A DNA stretch of 63,003 nt, the filler included, from Octopus bimaculoides (taxonomy: Eukaryota): NCBI RefSeq assembly GCF_001194135.2. It is 5 parts of 5 records of this genome, joined end to end, with 100 filler letters (N's around TTAATTAATTAA, not from the genome) between each part and the next. Parts side by side here need not be neighbours in the genome. Positions count along the whole stretch, not along the records: positions 38,020 to 54,937 come from NC_068983.1; 4 more parts are not named here. One strand, written 5' to 3'. The notes below the pieces were generated by a model. It was given only the letters and a program-made list of their open reading frames with translations. It was not told the DNA's origin and did no database searches. Of this stretch, positions 39,891-52,713 are shown in pieces. How positions within the stretch are numbered: the first letter of the stretch is position 1; the number at the start of each line of letters is the position of its first letter. The translations under genes and the position numbers were made by a program.

Positions 39891-40740
39891 GACAAGCTTC
39901 TTTCAGTTTCCGTGTATCAGACCCGCTCACAAGGCTTTGGTCAGCCAAAGACTAAGGTAGAAGACACTTGCTCAAAGTGCTACACAGTGGGACTGAACCC
40001 AGAACCATGTGGCTGGGAAGCAAGGCAGGGTATATTTTAAGGGAGTTTTGACTGATATTTCTTGCAAGTTAAGCAACAACAAGGCAACAAAATTATTTGC
40101 TTCTCTTCTTCTGCATACAGTCATTAGTGAGTTCAAATCTCACAGGTGATCATTTAACTTTTTAATCCACCCCAAGATTGAAAATATATTTACTCGTTAT
40201 GTTTTAGGATTGATTGAATCAAGTATAATCTTAATATGTTAAAATGACATTTCTCTCTTTTTTGTTTTTTACTTATGTCAACAAATGCCTTTGAGTGAAT
40301 TTGGTAGACAGAAACTGTGTGCTTTCATTTGAAAACTAAAACAATGTAAAGCACATTGTGACCAGCGGTGTTTAACAACATTTTATACTCTGACTGATAC
40401 TGTGGTATATACATATGTATGTATATATGATCATTATCATCATTACTATTTAATGTCTGCTCTCCATGCTGGCATGCGTTGGACAGTTTAACATGGAGCT
40501 GGCTAGCAGGAAGCTGTCCAGACTCCATCTCTCTGTTATAGCCTGGTTTCTATGGCTGGATGCCCTTCCTAATGCCAACCACTAAGCAGAGTGTGCTGGG
40601 TACATTTTATGTACCACTAGCATGTGTGTGTGTGTGTGTGTATAAATATATATGAATAAGGATAAGATCGTTATTTAAAATGCCGATCATATCAGGTGGC
40701 TAGCATGGGAATAAAAACCTCATAGGTAATAATTATTATT

Positions 40741-40820
40741 AAAATTATAATTAAAGGTATCTAAGAGATACCACCATGCTAGCATGGTGGTATCTCTTGG
40801 ATACCCTTAATTATAATTTT
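40741..40820. repeat. 80-bp spacerless palindrome (40-bp arms, 2 mismatches)
   Basis: aaaattataattaaaggtatctaagagataccaccatgct|agcatggtggtatctcttggatacccttaattataatttt. Confidence 0.95.
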
Positions 40821-40926
40821 ATATAAATATATATGTAGAAGGTTGAAAAGGAACACACGAGTTGATATATATATAGAAAAAAGTCAAGGTAGAAAATACT
40901 AAAATAATTTTATAAAAAACATTTCA

Positions 40927-41011
<85 letters not shown>

Positions 41012-41013
<2 letters not shown>

Positions 41014-41236
41014 GGGTTGGCAAAAAGTCACCTGACAGTAAATTAAGACCATTTAATTCCAAGATTTATTTATGTTTAACAACTGAATGAATTTAATAAA
41101 AGCATCACAATATGAAACATCATGAAAAAGGTTCAAACTGAAGTCCTTCTTGAACAACACATCTTTCCATTCGAGTCAATACAGAAAGTATTTATGGAAT
41201 TTTGATTTACTGTCCGGTGACTTTTGGTTAACCCTG
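41012..41236. mobile_element. Tc1/mariner-type MITE in (TA)n
   Basis: About 32-bp TIRs: cagggttggcaaaaagtcacctgacagtaaat versus revcomp cagggttaaccaaaagtcaccggacagtaaat. TA flanks. Confidence 0.8.
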
Positions 41237-42162
41237 TATATATGGTTTGTTTCTGTCTCTGTAACTTAGCAGTTCAGAAAAAGAGACTGATAGAGTAAGT
41301 ACTAGACTTACGGTTAAGTATTGTGGGTTGATTTATTCAACTAAACTCTTCTGGATAGTACCTCAGTATGGCTGGGATATCAATGATTGAAACAAGTGAA
41401 AGATAAAAGATAAAAGTTAACAATGTCAGGAAAGCAGTATTTTTTTTTCTATCTTCCTTATCCAAATTGTCATGAATAAAATGTAGTTAAAACTAATGAA
41501 GATGACACTGATGATGATGATGGCAGTGGTAGCGTTGTCAGCATTGTCGTCAGCGTCTGCTGTTATAGTTGTTGTTTCAACTAAATGCCATTTTTCTCAT
41601 GCAGTTATAATTCCAAAAACCGATGTCCATGAAAAGGTTGATGAGGTAGTTGAATGGTCACTGCATTTTTCCTTCTCTTTCGATTAATGTTCATCTGAGC
41701 ATAACAAAACAAAACAACGACAACCCCTTTTGTTATAAGGGTGGGAAGTATTGAGAGTAAACCTGGATATTCATTATGCACACACTGGCAACATTTGCGA
41801 TGCAAACTTTCAATAAAGAACAAATATTCATAACATGCAACAGCAGACAGTCGTGCTAGATTAACTTAAACATCCGAGTTTTGGCCCATCATATTGAAAG
41901 GAAATAGGAAATAGCTGGCTTCCATTGAAAAGGGACAACTAACTGGTTACAGGAGTATCAGAAATAAAGTGGATATTTCTACAGCAGTAGATACTTTAAT
42001 CCTTTTGTGTTTGGCTGGGTGGTAAGTAGCTTGCTTACCAACCACATAGTTCCGGGTTCAGTCCCACTGTGTGGCATCTTGGGCAAGTGTCTTCTATTAA
42101 AGCCTCAGGCCGACCAAAGCCTTGTGAGTGGATTTGGTAGATGGAGACTGAAAGAAGCCTGT

Positions 42163-42201
<39 letters not shown>

Positions 42202-42366
42202 NNNNNNNNNNNNNNNNNNNNNNNNNNNNNNNNNNNNNNNNNNNNNNNNNNNNNNNNNNNNNNNNNNNNNNNNNNNNNNNNNNNNNNNNNNNNNNNNNNN
42301 NNNNNNNNNNNNNNNNNNNNNNNNNNNNNNNNNNNNNNNNNNNNNNNNNNNNNNNNNNNNNNNNNN

Positions 42367-42403
<37 letters not shown>

Positions 42404-42573
42404 TATATAGGCGCAGGAGTGGCTGTGTGGTAAGTAGCTTGCTTACCAACCACATGGTTCCAGGGTTCATTCCCACTGCGTGGTACCTTGGGCAAGTGTC
42501 TTCTACTATAGCCTCGGGCAGACCAAAGCCTTGTGAGTGGATTTGGTAGACGGAAACTGAAAGAAGCCCGTCG

Positions 42574-42620
<47 letters not shown>

Positions 42621-43171
42621 GTATGTATGTATATGTTTGTGTGTCTCCATTTGTCCCTCCCACTTGACAACAGATGCTAGTGTGTTTACGTCTCCATAAC
42701 TTAGTGGTTCAGCAAAAGAGACCGATAGAATAAGTACTAGGCTTACAAAGAATAAGTCCTGGGGTCGATTTGCTTGACTAAAGGCGGTGTTCCAGCATGG
42801 CTGCAATCAAATGACTGAAACAAATAAAAGAATAAAAGAATATCTGTCCAAAATATTCTACCTGTTCTATGTTCAAACTGGCCAGATCCTGCCTCTCAGA
42901 CTTGCTCTACAATGTCATTTTAAGAATAAACAATCATATCATTGGAATCTCAGAGCCACAAGGGAATGCGTGATTAATTTTAAATGATGTGAATAAATAA
43001 ATATTAGATTTGACACAGAATAATGTGAATGTTAAAGGGGTTGATTTGTTGAAGTAAAACCTTTCATGGTTTACATGGTCAAATGATTGAAAAAAAGGAA
43101 AGATAAAAGATAGAAAAATGTATTTTTGAATGATATCTATAAAGCCTGGTTCTAATTCTTGCCTCTTGTAG

Positions 43172-43296
43172 GAGCTACGAAATTTCATTGGACATTCTAA
43201 TTGTATTTCCTCTGTCTGTTTTGTCAATACCAATCAATTGTGCAGTGCATCATTTGATTCAAATCTTTGTTTGTGGGACATCAAAGAAGGGTTCAG
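43172..43296 (+). CDS. TEP1: Internal exon, WD40 repeat, TEP1-like (phase 0 to phase 2)
   Basis: cttgtag|GAG...TTC AG|gtaagt encodes ELRNFIGHSNCISSVCFVNTNQLCSASFDSNLCLWDIKEGF(R), with GH...SASFD...WD WD40 signature. Aligns by eye to recalled human TEP1 ISACLFLSDDTLFLTAFDGLLELWDLQHGCR. Confidence 0.8.
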
Positions 43297-43862
43297 GTAA
43301 GTTTTTTAAAACAAAATACTCAACAAAAAAAAAGTGGGGGGGGTAGTATTTTCACATTATCTACAGCTAATTTCTATGCTTACTGTGTGGGTTGGTACTC
43401 CGTCGCTTACGACGTCGAGGGTTCCAGTTGATCCGATCAACGGAACAGCCTGCTCGTGAAGTTAACGTGCAAGTGGCTGAGCACTCCACAGACACGTGTA
43501 CCCTTAACGTAGTTCTCGGGGAGATTCAGCGTGACACAGTGTGACAAGGCTGACCCTTTGAATTACAGGCACAACAGAAACAGGAAGTAAGAGAAAGTTG
43601 TAGTGGAAGAATACAGCAGGGTTCACCACCATCCCCTGCCGGAGCCTCGTGGAGCTTTAGGTATTTTCGCTCAATAAACACTCACAATGCCCAATCTGGG
43701 AATCGAAACCGCGACCCTATGACTGCGAGTCCGCTGCCCTAACCACTGGGCCATTGCACCTCCTATACTTACTAAAGGATTAGTAAATAAACTATTAAAC
43801 AGCCACCCGATTCCTTGTCCATTTTCTTCTCCACGATGTAGCTATGTAGCTGTTTAGAAAGG

Positions 43863-44401
43863 CCATCAATCAGCTATTACACCTCTCATGTGAGTGTAAT
43901 AATTTATTTACTAATCTTTTAGTAAATAAAAAATTGGTTGTCAAAGTACTAAAAAAATGTGTTAAAAAAGAAGAGAAAAATAACATATTGTTTGCGATAG
44001 TGAATGAAGAATATTTCAGTTATGTCAATAATAATTTTCACATTTTATTTTGATTATTTAAATCCATTTTCTTGTACTATAAATTGTTAGAACAATTCTT
44101 AAAGCTATATAGGTGCCGTGGCTCAGTGGTTCCATCAATCAGCTATTACACCTGTCTTGTGAGTGTAATAATTTATTTACTAATCTTTTAGTAAATAAAA
44201 AAATTGGTTGTCAAAGTACTAAAAAAATGTGTTAAAAAAGAAGAGAAAAATAACATATTGTTTGAGATAGTGAATGAAGAATATTTCAGTTATGTCAATA
44301 ATAATTTTCACATTTTATTTTGATTATTTAAATCCATTTTCTTGTACTATAAATTGTTAGAACAATTCTTAAAGCTATATAGGTGCCGTGGCTCAGTGGT
44401 T
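43863..44401 (+). repeat. Near-identical tandem duplication of about 270 bp
   Basis: 43863-44131 is repeated as 44132-44401 with only a few differences. The unit ends inside the head of a family D SINE. Confidence 0.9.
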
Positions 44402-44712
44402 AGAGTGTTGGGTTCACAATCATGGGGTAGTGAGTTCGAATCCCGGACTGGGCTGTGTGTTGTGTTCTTGAGCAAGACATTTTGTTTCACGCTGCTCCAG
44501 TTAACTCATCTGTAGAAATGAGTTGCGATGTCACTGGTGGCTAGCTGTATCGGACTTTACCTTTCCCTTGAATAAAATCAGTGGCATAGAGAGAAGAGGT
44601 TGGTATGCATGGGCGACTACTGGTCTTCCACAAACAACCTTGCCCGGACTTGTGCCTTGGAGGGGAACTTCTAAGTGCAATCCCGTGGTCATTCATGACC
44701 GAAGGGGGTCTT
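44382..44712 (+). mobile_element. tRNA-derived SINE family D
   Basis: tggctcagtggttagag...gagttcgaatccc...cttgagcaagaca. Related copies at about 1995-2235(-), 51050-51300(-) and 53395-53640(+). Confidence 0.75.
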
Positions 44713-47319
44713 TTAGTTTTACAGGTGCCAGCATAGCTGTGTAGTTAAGTTCATTTCATGATCACATGATCTCAGATTTGTTGTTGGTGACATTGTTGTT
44801 CTTTTCCTGCCTGGGGCAGAGTGGAGCAATTTGGGGGCACTGTGCCATGCTCCACTTTGGCATGGTTTCTGTGCCTTTCCTAATGCCAACCACTTTACTA
44901 AGTGTACTGGATGCTCTTTTTGTGGAACCAGCATTGTGTAATTTCACTTACATTCTCACACACATGCCCCCCTCCACCCACACATACACACATATACATC
45001 ATCATTATCCATTTTCGATGCTGGCAGATGTTGGATGGTTTGACAGGAGCTGGCAAGGCTGGGAGCCACACCAGGTTCCATAGTCTGTTTTGGCAAGGTT
45101 TCTACAGCTGGATGCCCTTCCTAATGTCAACCACTTTACAGATTGTACCAGGTGCTTTTTACGTGGCACTTGCACCAGTTTTTTTTACATGGTTGCAGCA
45201 CTAACACTTTTATGTGGCACCATCACCAGTGCTTTTTATGTGACACTGTCACCTGTGCCTTTTATTGGCATCAGCATTGACAGGGTCACCGAGTACTTTG
45301 CGAGACATACAAGCACATATATACACAAAAATATATGTATTATAATTATGAGTTAGTTCTGTGTCCATTCACTCCAGCCTGACATGCCTAAAGGCAAAAC
45401 TCTTAAGTCACATTAGTGAATCCCTGCTTCACACACATGCATGCATGCACACACACAAACACACACACGCCATACTACACACACACATACAGACAAACAC
45501 AGACACATGCACACATCACACACACACAACACGCACACATCACACACCTCACACAAACACACCACACACACACCACACACACCATACACACACATCACAC
45601 AAACACACACACCACAAACATACACACACACATCACACACACATCACACACACTACACACACACATATAGATACAGGCACACATCACACACATCACACCC
45701 CACACACACACACAAACACACACACACACACACACANNNNNNNNNNNNNNNNNNNNNNNNNNNNNNNNNNNNNNNNNNNNNNNNNNNNNNNNNNNNNNNN
45801 NNNNNNNNNNNNNNNNNNNNNNNNNNNNNNNNNNNNNNNNNNNNNNNNNNNNNNNNNNNNNNNNNNNNNNNNNNNNNNNNNNNNNNNNNNNNNNNNNNNN
45901 NNNNNNNNNNNNNNNNNNNNNNNNNNNNNNNNNNNNNNNNNNNNNNNNNNNNNNNNNNNNNNNNNNNNNNNNNNNNNNNNNNNNNNNNNNNNNNNNNNNN
46001 NNNNNNNNNNNNNNNNNNNNNNNNNNNNNNNNNNNNNNNNNNNNNNNNNNNNNNNNNNNNNNNNNNNNNNNNNNNNNNNNNNNNNNNNNNNNNNNNNNNN
46101 NNNNNNNNNNNNNNNNNNNNNNNNNNNNNNNNNNNNNNNNNNNNNNNNNNNNNNNNNNNNNNNNNNNNNNNNNNNNNNNNNNNNNNNNNNNNNNNNNNNN
46201 NNNNNNNNNNNNNNNNNNNNNNNNNNNNNNNCACCACCACCACCACCACCACCACCATGGATTCGGATGAAACCTTCAGGGATGTTTGGTCTCGTAATTG
46301 GCATGAACTGATTAGATTTGGGGATAGATCCAGTACCGGACAAGGATTCTGGATTATTTTTCCTGTTTTTTTATTTACTTAATCTTTGAGAGCGGTCGGG
46401 TTCATTTTTAGTATTCTCGTTTGTGGGAGCAGTTGGGTTTATTTCAGATATTCTCATTTTAAAAATCGTCTCTGGTTAATCATTGAGAGGGCGTTGGGGT
46501 TGCCTTGGCAGAGGTTTGCACTCTCTGAGTGCTCGTTTATTTTTAGAATGACATTATAGGGTAGGTGTGAGAGGCTGAATATGGCCAGCCCCATTATAAA
46601 ACCAGCAGAATATTTGGGCCAGATATGGCCAGTTTAAATGCTAAAGGGTTAATCAACTTAAGGTTAAATACCACCTGGTATTTAATACCAGGTTAAATAC
46701 CACCTGGTAGTGTATTTGTGTTTGTGTGTTATTGTATTGCAGTGCACCTGAGGTGAATTAAGGGTACTTCAAACTATGCTACCCAATTTTTTTCTACTCA
46801 TCTATTTCAGCAAGACAGTTATCCAAGATAATTCTAAGTAGTCTTCATGTTTCAGTTCCACAGAGTCTAGGACATTTACCCCCCATGGACAATAAACCTT
46901 CCCCCCACCAAAAGACAATTACGTCTGAGGACAACAGATGGTGATTTAAAACTTCTTAATATATTAGAGAGGGGTAATTAACCAAGGTGGGTAATTTTCC
47001 TAAGGGATAGTTGTTGTCGGGGGCAATTGTCCTAATGGTGTATTCCATTTTCTGCATGATTTCTATTGTTGGGTGCCCTTCCTAACACCAGCAGCTTTAC
47101 AGAGTGCACTGGACACCTTAGGCACAACAACAAAGGCTATCCAGTGCAAGCTGGACCAAAGGGTTCTCTTCACCTTGTATTGTTTATTATTTAGAGCAAC
47201 TTCTCTCCAAGACAAGTAACCTCCAAATAACAAAGAATACAAGAACTCCGTTTTTACATGTATTGAATCCATAGACAGCCTTTTCTAAAAAAACTTTTGT
47301 TTTATATTTTCTATTTCAG

Positions 47320-47425
47320 GCCTGTTAACTGTGTAGCATTTCATGCTGAGAAAGAATTGATTGTGGCCGGATTGTGGGATTCTACATTACGTATTTATGA
47401 TTTCAACAAAATGTCTGAAATTGCT
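47320..47425 (+). CDS. TEP1: Internal exon, WD40 repeat, TEP1-like (phase 2 to phase 0)
   Basis: ctatttcag|G CCT...GCT|gtaagg encodes PVNCVAFHAEKELIVAGLWDSTLRIYDFNKMSEIA. Recalled human TEP1: LNCVAFHPEGQVIATGSW. Confidence 0.8.
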
Positions 47426-48418
47426 GTAAGGAAACTTCTTTATTCTTATTTTAGCTAGTTGTAAAATCTCAAGAAGAGATCGGAGTAGTAACTATACTAA
47501 CAAGTATAGTCAATCGCCACATCATGGTAGGGTTTCACTCCCCCTGCTAGCAATATATATTGCATATAAAAAGTGTAGTGTTACGCCAATAACCAGCTAG
47601 TGGAAGATCTGCCTGGGGTTAAACTAGTAGTAACATGGAGCAGCCACTTTGATGTGATGATTGACTTTACTTAATTTAATTTTATTTTTCTTTATTTTTT
47701 TTCCTTTCGTTGTTGTTTGTCCCATGTTCCTCACTTCTTTTCAGCTGACCCTGGTTGATCATACCTAAGATCATAGGGGTTTCGTCCATAACCATCCTGT
47801 AATATTTTGGTGGGTGTCATTGACTACATTGTGTAATGTGTCCATTCTATTATTTAACCCTCTCAGACCTGGGCCCCTGTATCTAACTTTACCTGCCACC
47901 TGAACTCCTGAGCAAAAACGTATACAGTTGCATATACAGCTCAAGAGTTATGATTGCAGACAAACCAATGGACAGAACTATACCCCACCCACCAAAAAAT
48001 CGAAGAATCAAAGAAAATTCATGAGAATAACAATAATAGGCCTACCTCTCAACTACCATATCTGTTCACTCGAATCGCTACTCTCCTTATCACTTTCACC
48101 ACTTTGATTGTCTGAGTCACTCTCATTCCTCAACTGTAAAGAGTCTCGGTCTTGCTCGTTTATCAGACTAAGTGTTGGATTTATCACATGCTCATTTCAT
48201 TGCAAAAATCTTTTTTTGTTTGTTTTTTATTAAAAACAAAAGTAAATAGCTGCTATGAGGGATGTCATTAGCAAAGAGTCATAAACACACTTCACTACAA
48301 AACTGCATTGTGATCAGTTGTTTGTTTTTAGAATTTTGTCTTCTTTTTCTATGTGTGCAGTTCAGTATTACTTTAATGGGAATTTGATAAAGATGATGTT
48401 TAGATTATTTCCATTATA

Positions 48419-48626
48419 CAGTAATCTCTTACCATATCGCAGTTCACCTATCGCGGTGTATTATCTAAGCTTACATAGATTCCTCCATGGTGTTGTTTTG
48501 TATTTATAATAAAATAAATAGATACAAATTATAAAAATAAAAAAAAAATATATACAGTACAGTACTGTTTTAACCTATCATGGGGGGTTTTGGAACGTAA
48601 CAGCAGAAATAGTCGAGGGATTACTG
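48419..48626. mobile_element. Tigger/pogo-like MITE
   Basis: Ends taCAGTAATCTCTTAC...and revcomp CAGTAATCCCTCGAC. Degenerate TIR. Confidence 0.55.
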
Positions 48627-49046
48627 AACATGGTGCAATAAGGTTAAGATAGTTCACACAAGGTTTAGGTCAACCTGAAGCTATTGTAAAAGATATTTGC
48701 CAAAAAGCTATGAAGTGGGATTGAACCTAGGCCTTTGTGATTTCCAAACAAAGCATTTAACCCTTCAGCCATTGTGCATCTACAATCAGTGTTGTTAATG
48801 AGTGAAATAAAATAGACTAAAACTGTGAAGATAGTCATTAAATGAGTCATACCTATTCATGTAGGGTAGCTAAATCTGTTGTCTAATTTAACACTACTAC
48901 TTGACCACTAGTGGAGTCCACTCTGTTGAAAGCATTCAGACCAGATCCCTTATAAGTTATTTTCTTGTTGACCATTACAGGCTTGAGTTAACAGATATCC
49001 ATTTTCATTACATGTTGCTTCTAATTTTTTTTCAGTTTCTATTTTA

Positions 49047-49340
49047 CAAGGTGTCCACAAAGTCTGGGTACATGGGGATTAACACATACTTTAAGAAATT
49101 ATTATTTCTTATTAATTGTTTATGTTATGATTTTATTTACTTCATGTACCCACATGGGGATTAACACATACTTTAAGAAATTGTTATTTCTTATATTTAA
49201 TTGTTAATGTTATGATTTTATTTACTTCATGTACCCACATGGGGATTAACACATACTTTAAGAAATTATTATTTCTTATATTTAATTGTTTATGTTATGA
49301 TTTTATTTACTCCATGTACCCAGACCTTGTGGACACCCTG
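49047..49340. mobile_element. Tc1/mariner MITE with triplicated ~82-85-bp core
   Basis: TIR caaggtgtccacaaagtctgggtacatg versus revcomp cagggtgtccacaaggtctgggtacatg. TA on both sides. Unit catggggattaacac...catgtaccca starts at 49071, 49153 and 49238. Confidence 0.85.
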
Positions 49341-49363
49341 TATATTGAATGCTAAGACTAAAC

Positions 49364-49636
49364 CAGGGCTGTGGAGATGGAGTCAGAAACAATTAAGGGG
49401 TAGCTGGAGCTGGAGTCGGTAAAACTATACCGACTCTGATTCCGACTCACAATGTCTTTATTCTTTAATATAAACCAGTTATAACATATAGACCTACTCA
49501 AAATACAAGTGTATGCATATGCCTTATGAGATATGTAGACCACAGTCACTTAATTACATAAAGAGCAGTTGGAGTCGCAGGGGCCAATAGTAGAAGAGAC
49601 GGAGTCAAAGTTTTTTGTTTTGACTCCACTGCCCCG
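49364..49636. mobile_element. hAT-type MITE with GGAGTC subterminal repeats
   Basis: Ends cagggctgtggag...ctccactgccccg. 8-bp TSD gactaaac (49356-49363) and gattaaac (49637-49644). Confidence 0.7.
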
Positions 49637-52593
49637 GATTAAACCTTTAGTACTTTTGTTATTGTGTTTCAGTGGAGGCACAATGGCCCAGTGGTTAGGG
49701 CACGGACTCGCAGTCATAGGATCGCGGTTTCGATTCCCAGACCGGGCGTTGTGAGTGTTTATTGAGCAAAAACACCTAAAGATCCACGAGGCTCCGGCAG
49801 GGGATGGTGGCGAACCCTGCTGTACTCTTTCACCACAACTTTCTCTCACTCTTTCTTCCTGTTTCTGTTGTGCCTGTAATTCAAAGGGTCAGCCTTGTCA
49901 CACTGTGTCACGCTGAATATCCCCGAGAACTACGTTAAGGGTACACATGTCTGTGGAGTGCTCAGCCACTTGCATGTTAATTTCACGAGCAGGCTGTTCC
50001 GTTGATCGGATCAACTGGAACCCTCGACGCCGTAAGCGACAGAGTGCCAACAACAACAACAACATATTGTGTTTCTGTATGTTTCAATTTTTTTTGAAAA
50101 TAATGGTTTCAAATTTTGGCACAGGGCTAGCAGTTTTTGAGAGGAGGGGAAAATCAATAACATTGACCCCAGTACTTGACTAGTATTTATTATATCAAAT
50201 CTGAAGGCAAAGCTGTCCCAGAATTTGAGCTCAGAACATAAAGACAGACAAAATGCTATTAAGTATTTTGTCTGGTATGCTAATGGGTCTGCCAACTCAC
50301 TGCTTAATTAATTTTGAAAATAATGGAAAAATTTAGTGAAACAACTTGGTCATTATTGACCCGTTTCATAGCAACATTCCTGAGACTGTCCATGGTTCTC
50401 TGTTACAAAATTCATGTTTTAATATGATTTGAATTAAAACCTTCCATCAAAATTTGTGTTAATTTTTGTTCCGAATACCAGCTTAATGACAAAGTTGTTT
50501 TACTAAATTCATTAATTTAAAAAATTAATTAGAATAAAGGCAATGTATTTCAACAAAAATATAATAACAAAAAAAAAAGGTTAATCAGGTGTTTGGAACA
50601 TAAATTAGCATGAAATTTTGATGGAAGATTTTAATTTAGATAAATAGGTTGTTGGCACTCCGTCGCTTACAACGTCGAGGGTTCCAGTTGATCCGATCAA
50701 CGGAACAGCCTGCTCGTGAAGTTAACGTGCAAGTGGCTGAGCACTCAACAGACACGTGTACCCTTAATGTAGTTCTTGGGGATATTCAGCGTGACACAGT
50801 GTGACAAGGCTGGCTCTTTGAATTACAGGCACAACAGAAACAGGAAGTAAGAGTGAGAGAAAGTTGTGGTGAAAGAGTACAGCAGGGTTCGCCACCATCC
50901 TCTGCCGGAGCCTCGTGGAACTTTAGGTGTTTTCGTTCAATAAACGCTCACAACTCCCAGCCTGGGAATCGAAACCGCAAGTCCGCTGCCCTAACCACTG
51001 GGCCATTGCCCCTCCACTAGATAAATAGGAGGTTTGCATCATTGAATCAGAGGCAGTTTCCTTCTTGAGTCATATCGACTCACAAGGGCCGATTTTCTGG
51101 TTTCCATTGCGTATAAATTCCCCACCTGGATGTGACGCCAGTCTGTCACAGGATTACTCACTTTTGCCAGCTGAGTGGACTGGAGCAACATGAAATGAAG
51201 TGTTTTGCTCAAGAATACAATGCATCGCCCAGTCCAGGAATCAAAACCACAATCTAACAATTATGAGCCTAACACCCTAACCACTAAGCCACGTACCTCC
51301 TGAATATGGGAAACAAGGTTAGTCTTAAGTGGGTTGGTATGAGATGGGTTAAAACTGATCTGACTTTTTTTGCTTCACCAGAAGAAGTGCAGTGCCCATG
51401 ACTTTTGCTGGGGCCTGTGACCCTTGTAAAAAGAACGGGAAGAATCACAACCCTTCAGATGCTGATCATTGAATGCAGCACATTTAGATGTTGAGTTATG
51501 GACTACTAACTGATAACTATGGCTGTGTGGTAAGAAGTTTGCTCCCCAAGCACATGGTTCTGGGTTCACTCTCACTGTGTGGCACCTTGAGCAAGTGTCT
51601 TCTGCTATAGCCTCAGGTCGACCGAAGCTTTTTAAGTGGATTTGGTAGACGGAAACTGAAAGAAGCCTGTTATGTATGTGTGTGTGTGTGTGTGTATGTC
51701 TTTGTGCCTGTGTTTTTCACATACACTGCTTGACAACCAGTGTTCGTGTGTTTACATCCCCATGATTTAGTTTTTTAAAATAAATTTTTAATAAGCAGAA
51801 GTTATGAAGTAACTCAAGGGTCAAGTATTTTGGGTATACTATACACAAAACTCTAGTCACTTTGTAGCATCTGATGATGATGAAGATGATAACGTTGATG
51901 ATGAAATCGTTTGTTTACGGATTTCATGTTATTTGCACCATTGGTGATGTCCTGTACCCATCTATGCATGTATAGATATCATCATCATCATCGTTTAACG
52001 TCCGCTTTCCATGCTAGCATGGGTTGGACGATTTGACTGTGGACTGGCGAACCAGATGGCTGCACCGGGCTCCAATCTGATCTGGCAGAGTTTCTACAGC
52101 TGGATGCCCTTCCTAACGCCAACCACTCCGAGAGTGTAGTGGGTTCTTTTACGTGCCACTGGCACGAGGGCCAGTCAGGCAGTACGAGGGCCAGTCAGGC
52201 GGTACAACGGCCAGTCAGGCAGTACAACGGCCAGTCAGGCAGTACAACGGCCAGTCAGGCGGTACAAGGGCCAGTCACGCTCAAGTGGTTTCAAAGTGAC
52301 AAAAATATTTTGACACAAATTAAATTTAAACGTTGAAATGAATCTAACAGTTTTTCTGTGTTTTTTAAATGGCTTATAAACACCTTCCACGCTGCAATTG
52401 CTTTAGTTTCAGCATACGATCTCAGATCAAGTCACTTGCTATGCAAGTACATCTCCATAATATTTTTTTCTTCACATTTTAATTACATGTTAATTGGCAT
52501 TATTGAATTCCAAGTATTAAAAAAAACAGAAACTGATATTTTACCATTCCAACAAGGAAATTTTTAACTTTTATTTTTCTCTTTTATTCTTAG

Positions 52594-52713
52594 GTTATCC
52601 GTGGTCACGTTTCATCTGTACGTGCTGTTGCATATCTGCCAACTGGTACATATATTACATCTGCCTCTTTAGATGGATCTGTGAAAATATGGTCAGCTGA
52701 CCATGGCAAACAG
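52594..52713 (+). CDS. TEP1: Internal exon, WD40 repeat, TEP1-like (phase 0 to phase 0)
   Basis: tattcttag|GTT...CAG|gttatt encodes VIRGHVSSVRAVAYLPTGTYITSASLDGSVKIWSADHGKQ. Phase is compatible with the 47320-47425 exon. Corresponds to recalled human TEP1 GASIRTLAFNVPGGVVAVGRLDSMVELW. Confidence 0.8.

Noticed and set aside
41623-41663. Possible small exon IIPKTDVHEKVDE upstream of the TEP1 exons
   Set aside because: No similarity to the expected preceding TEP1 segment, and the donor is poor.
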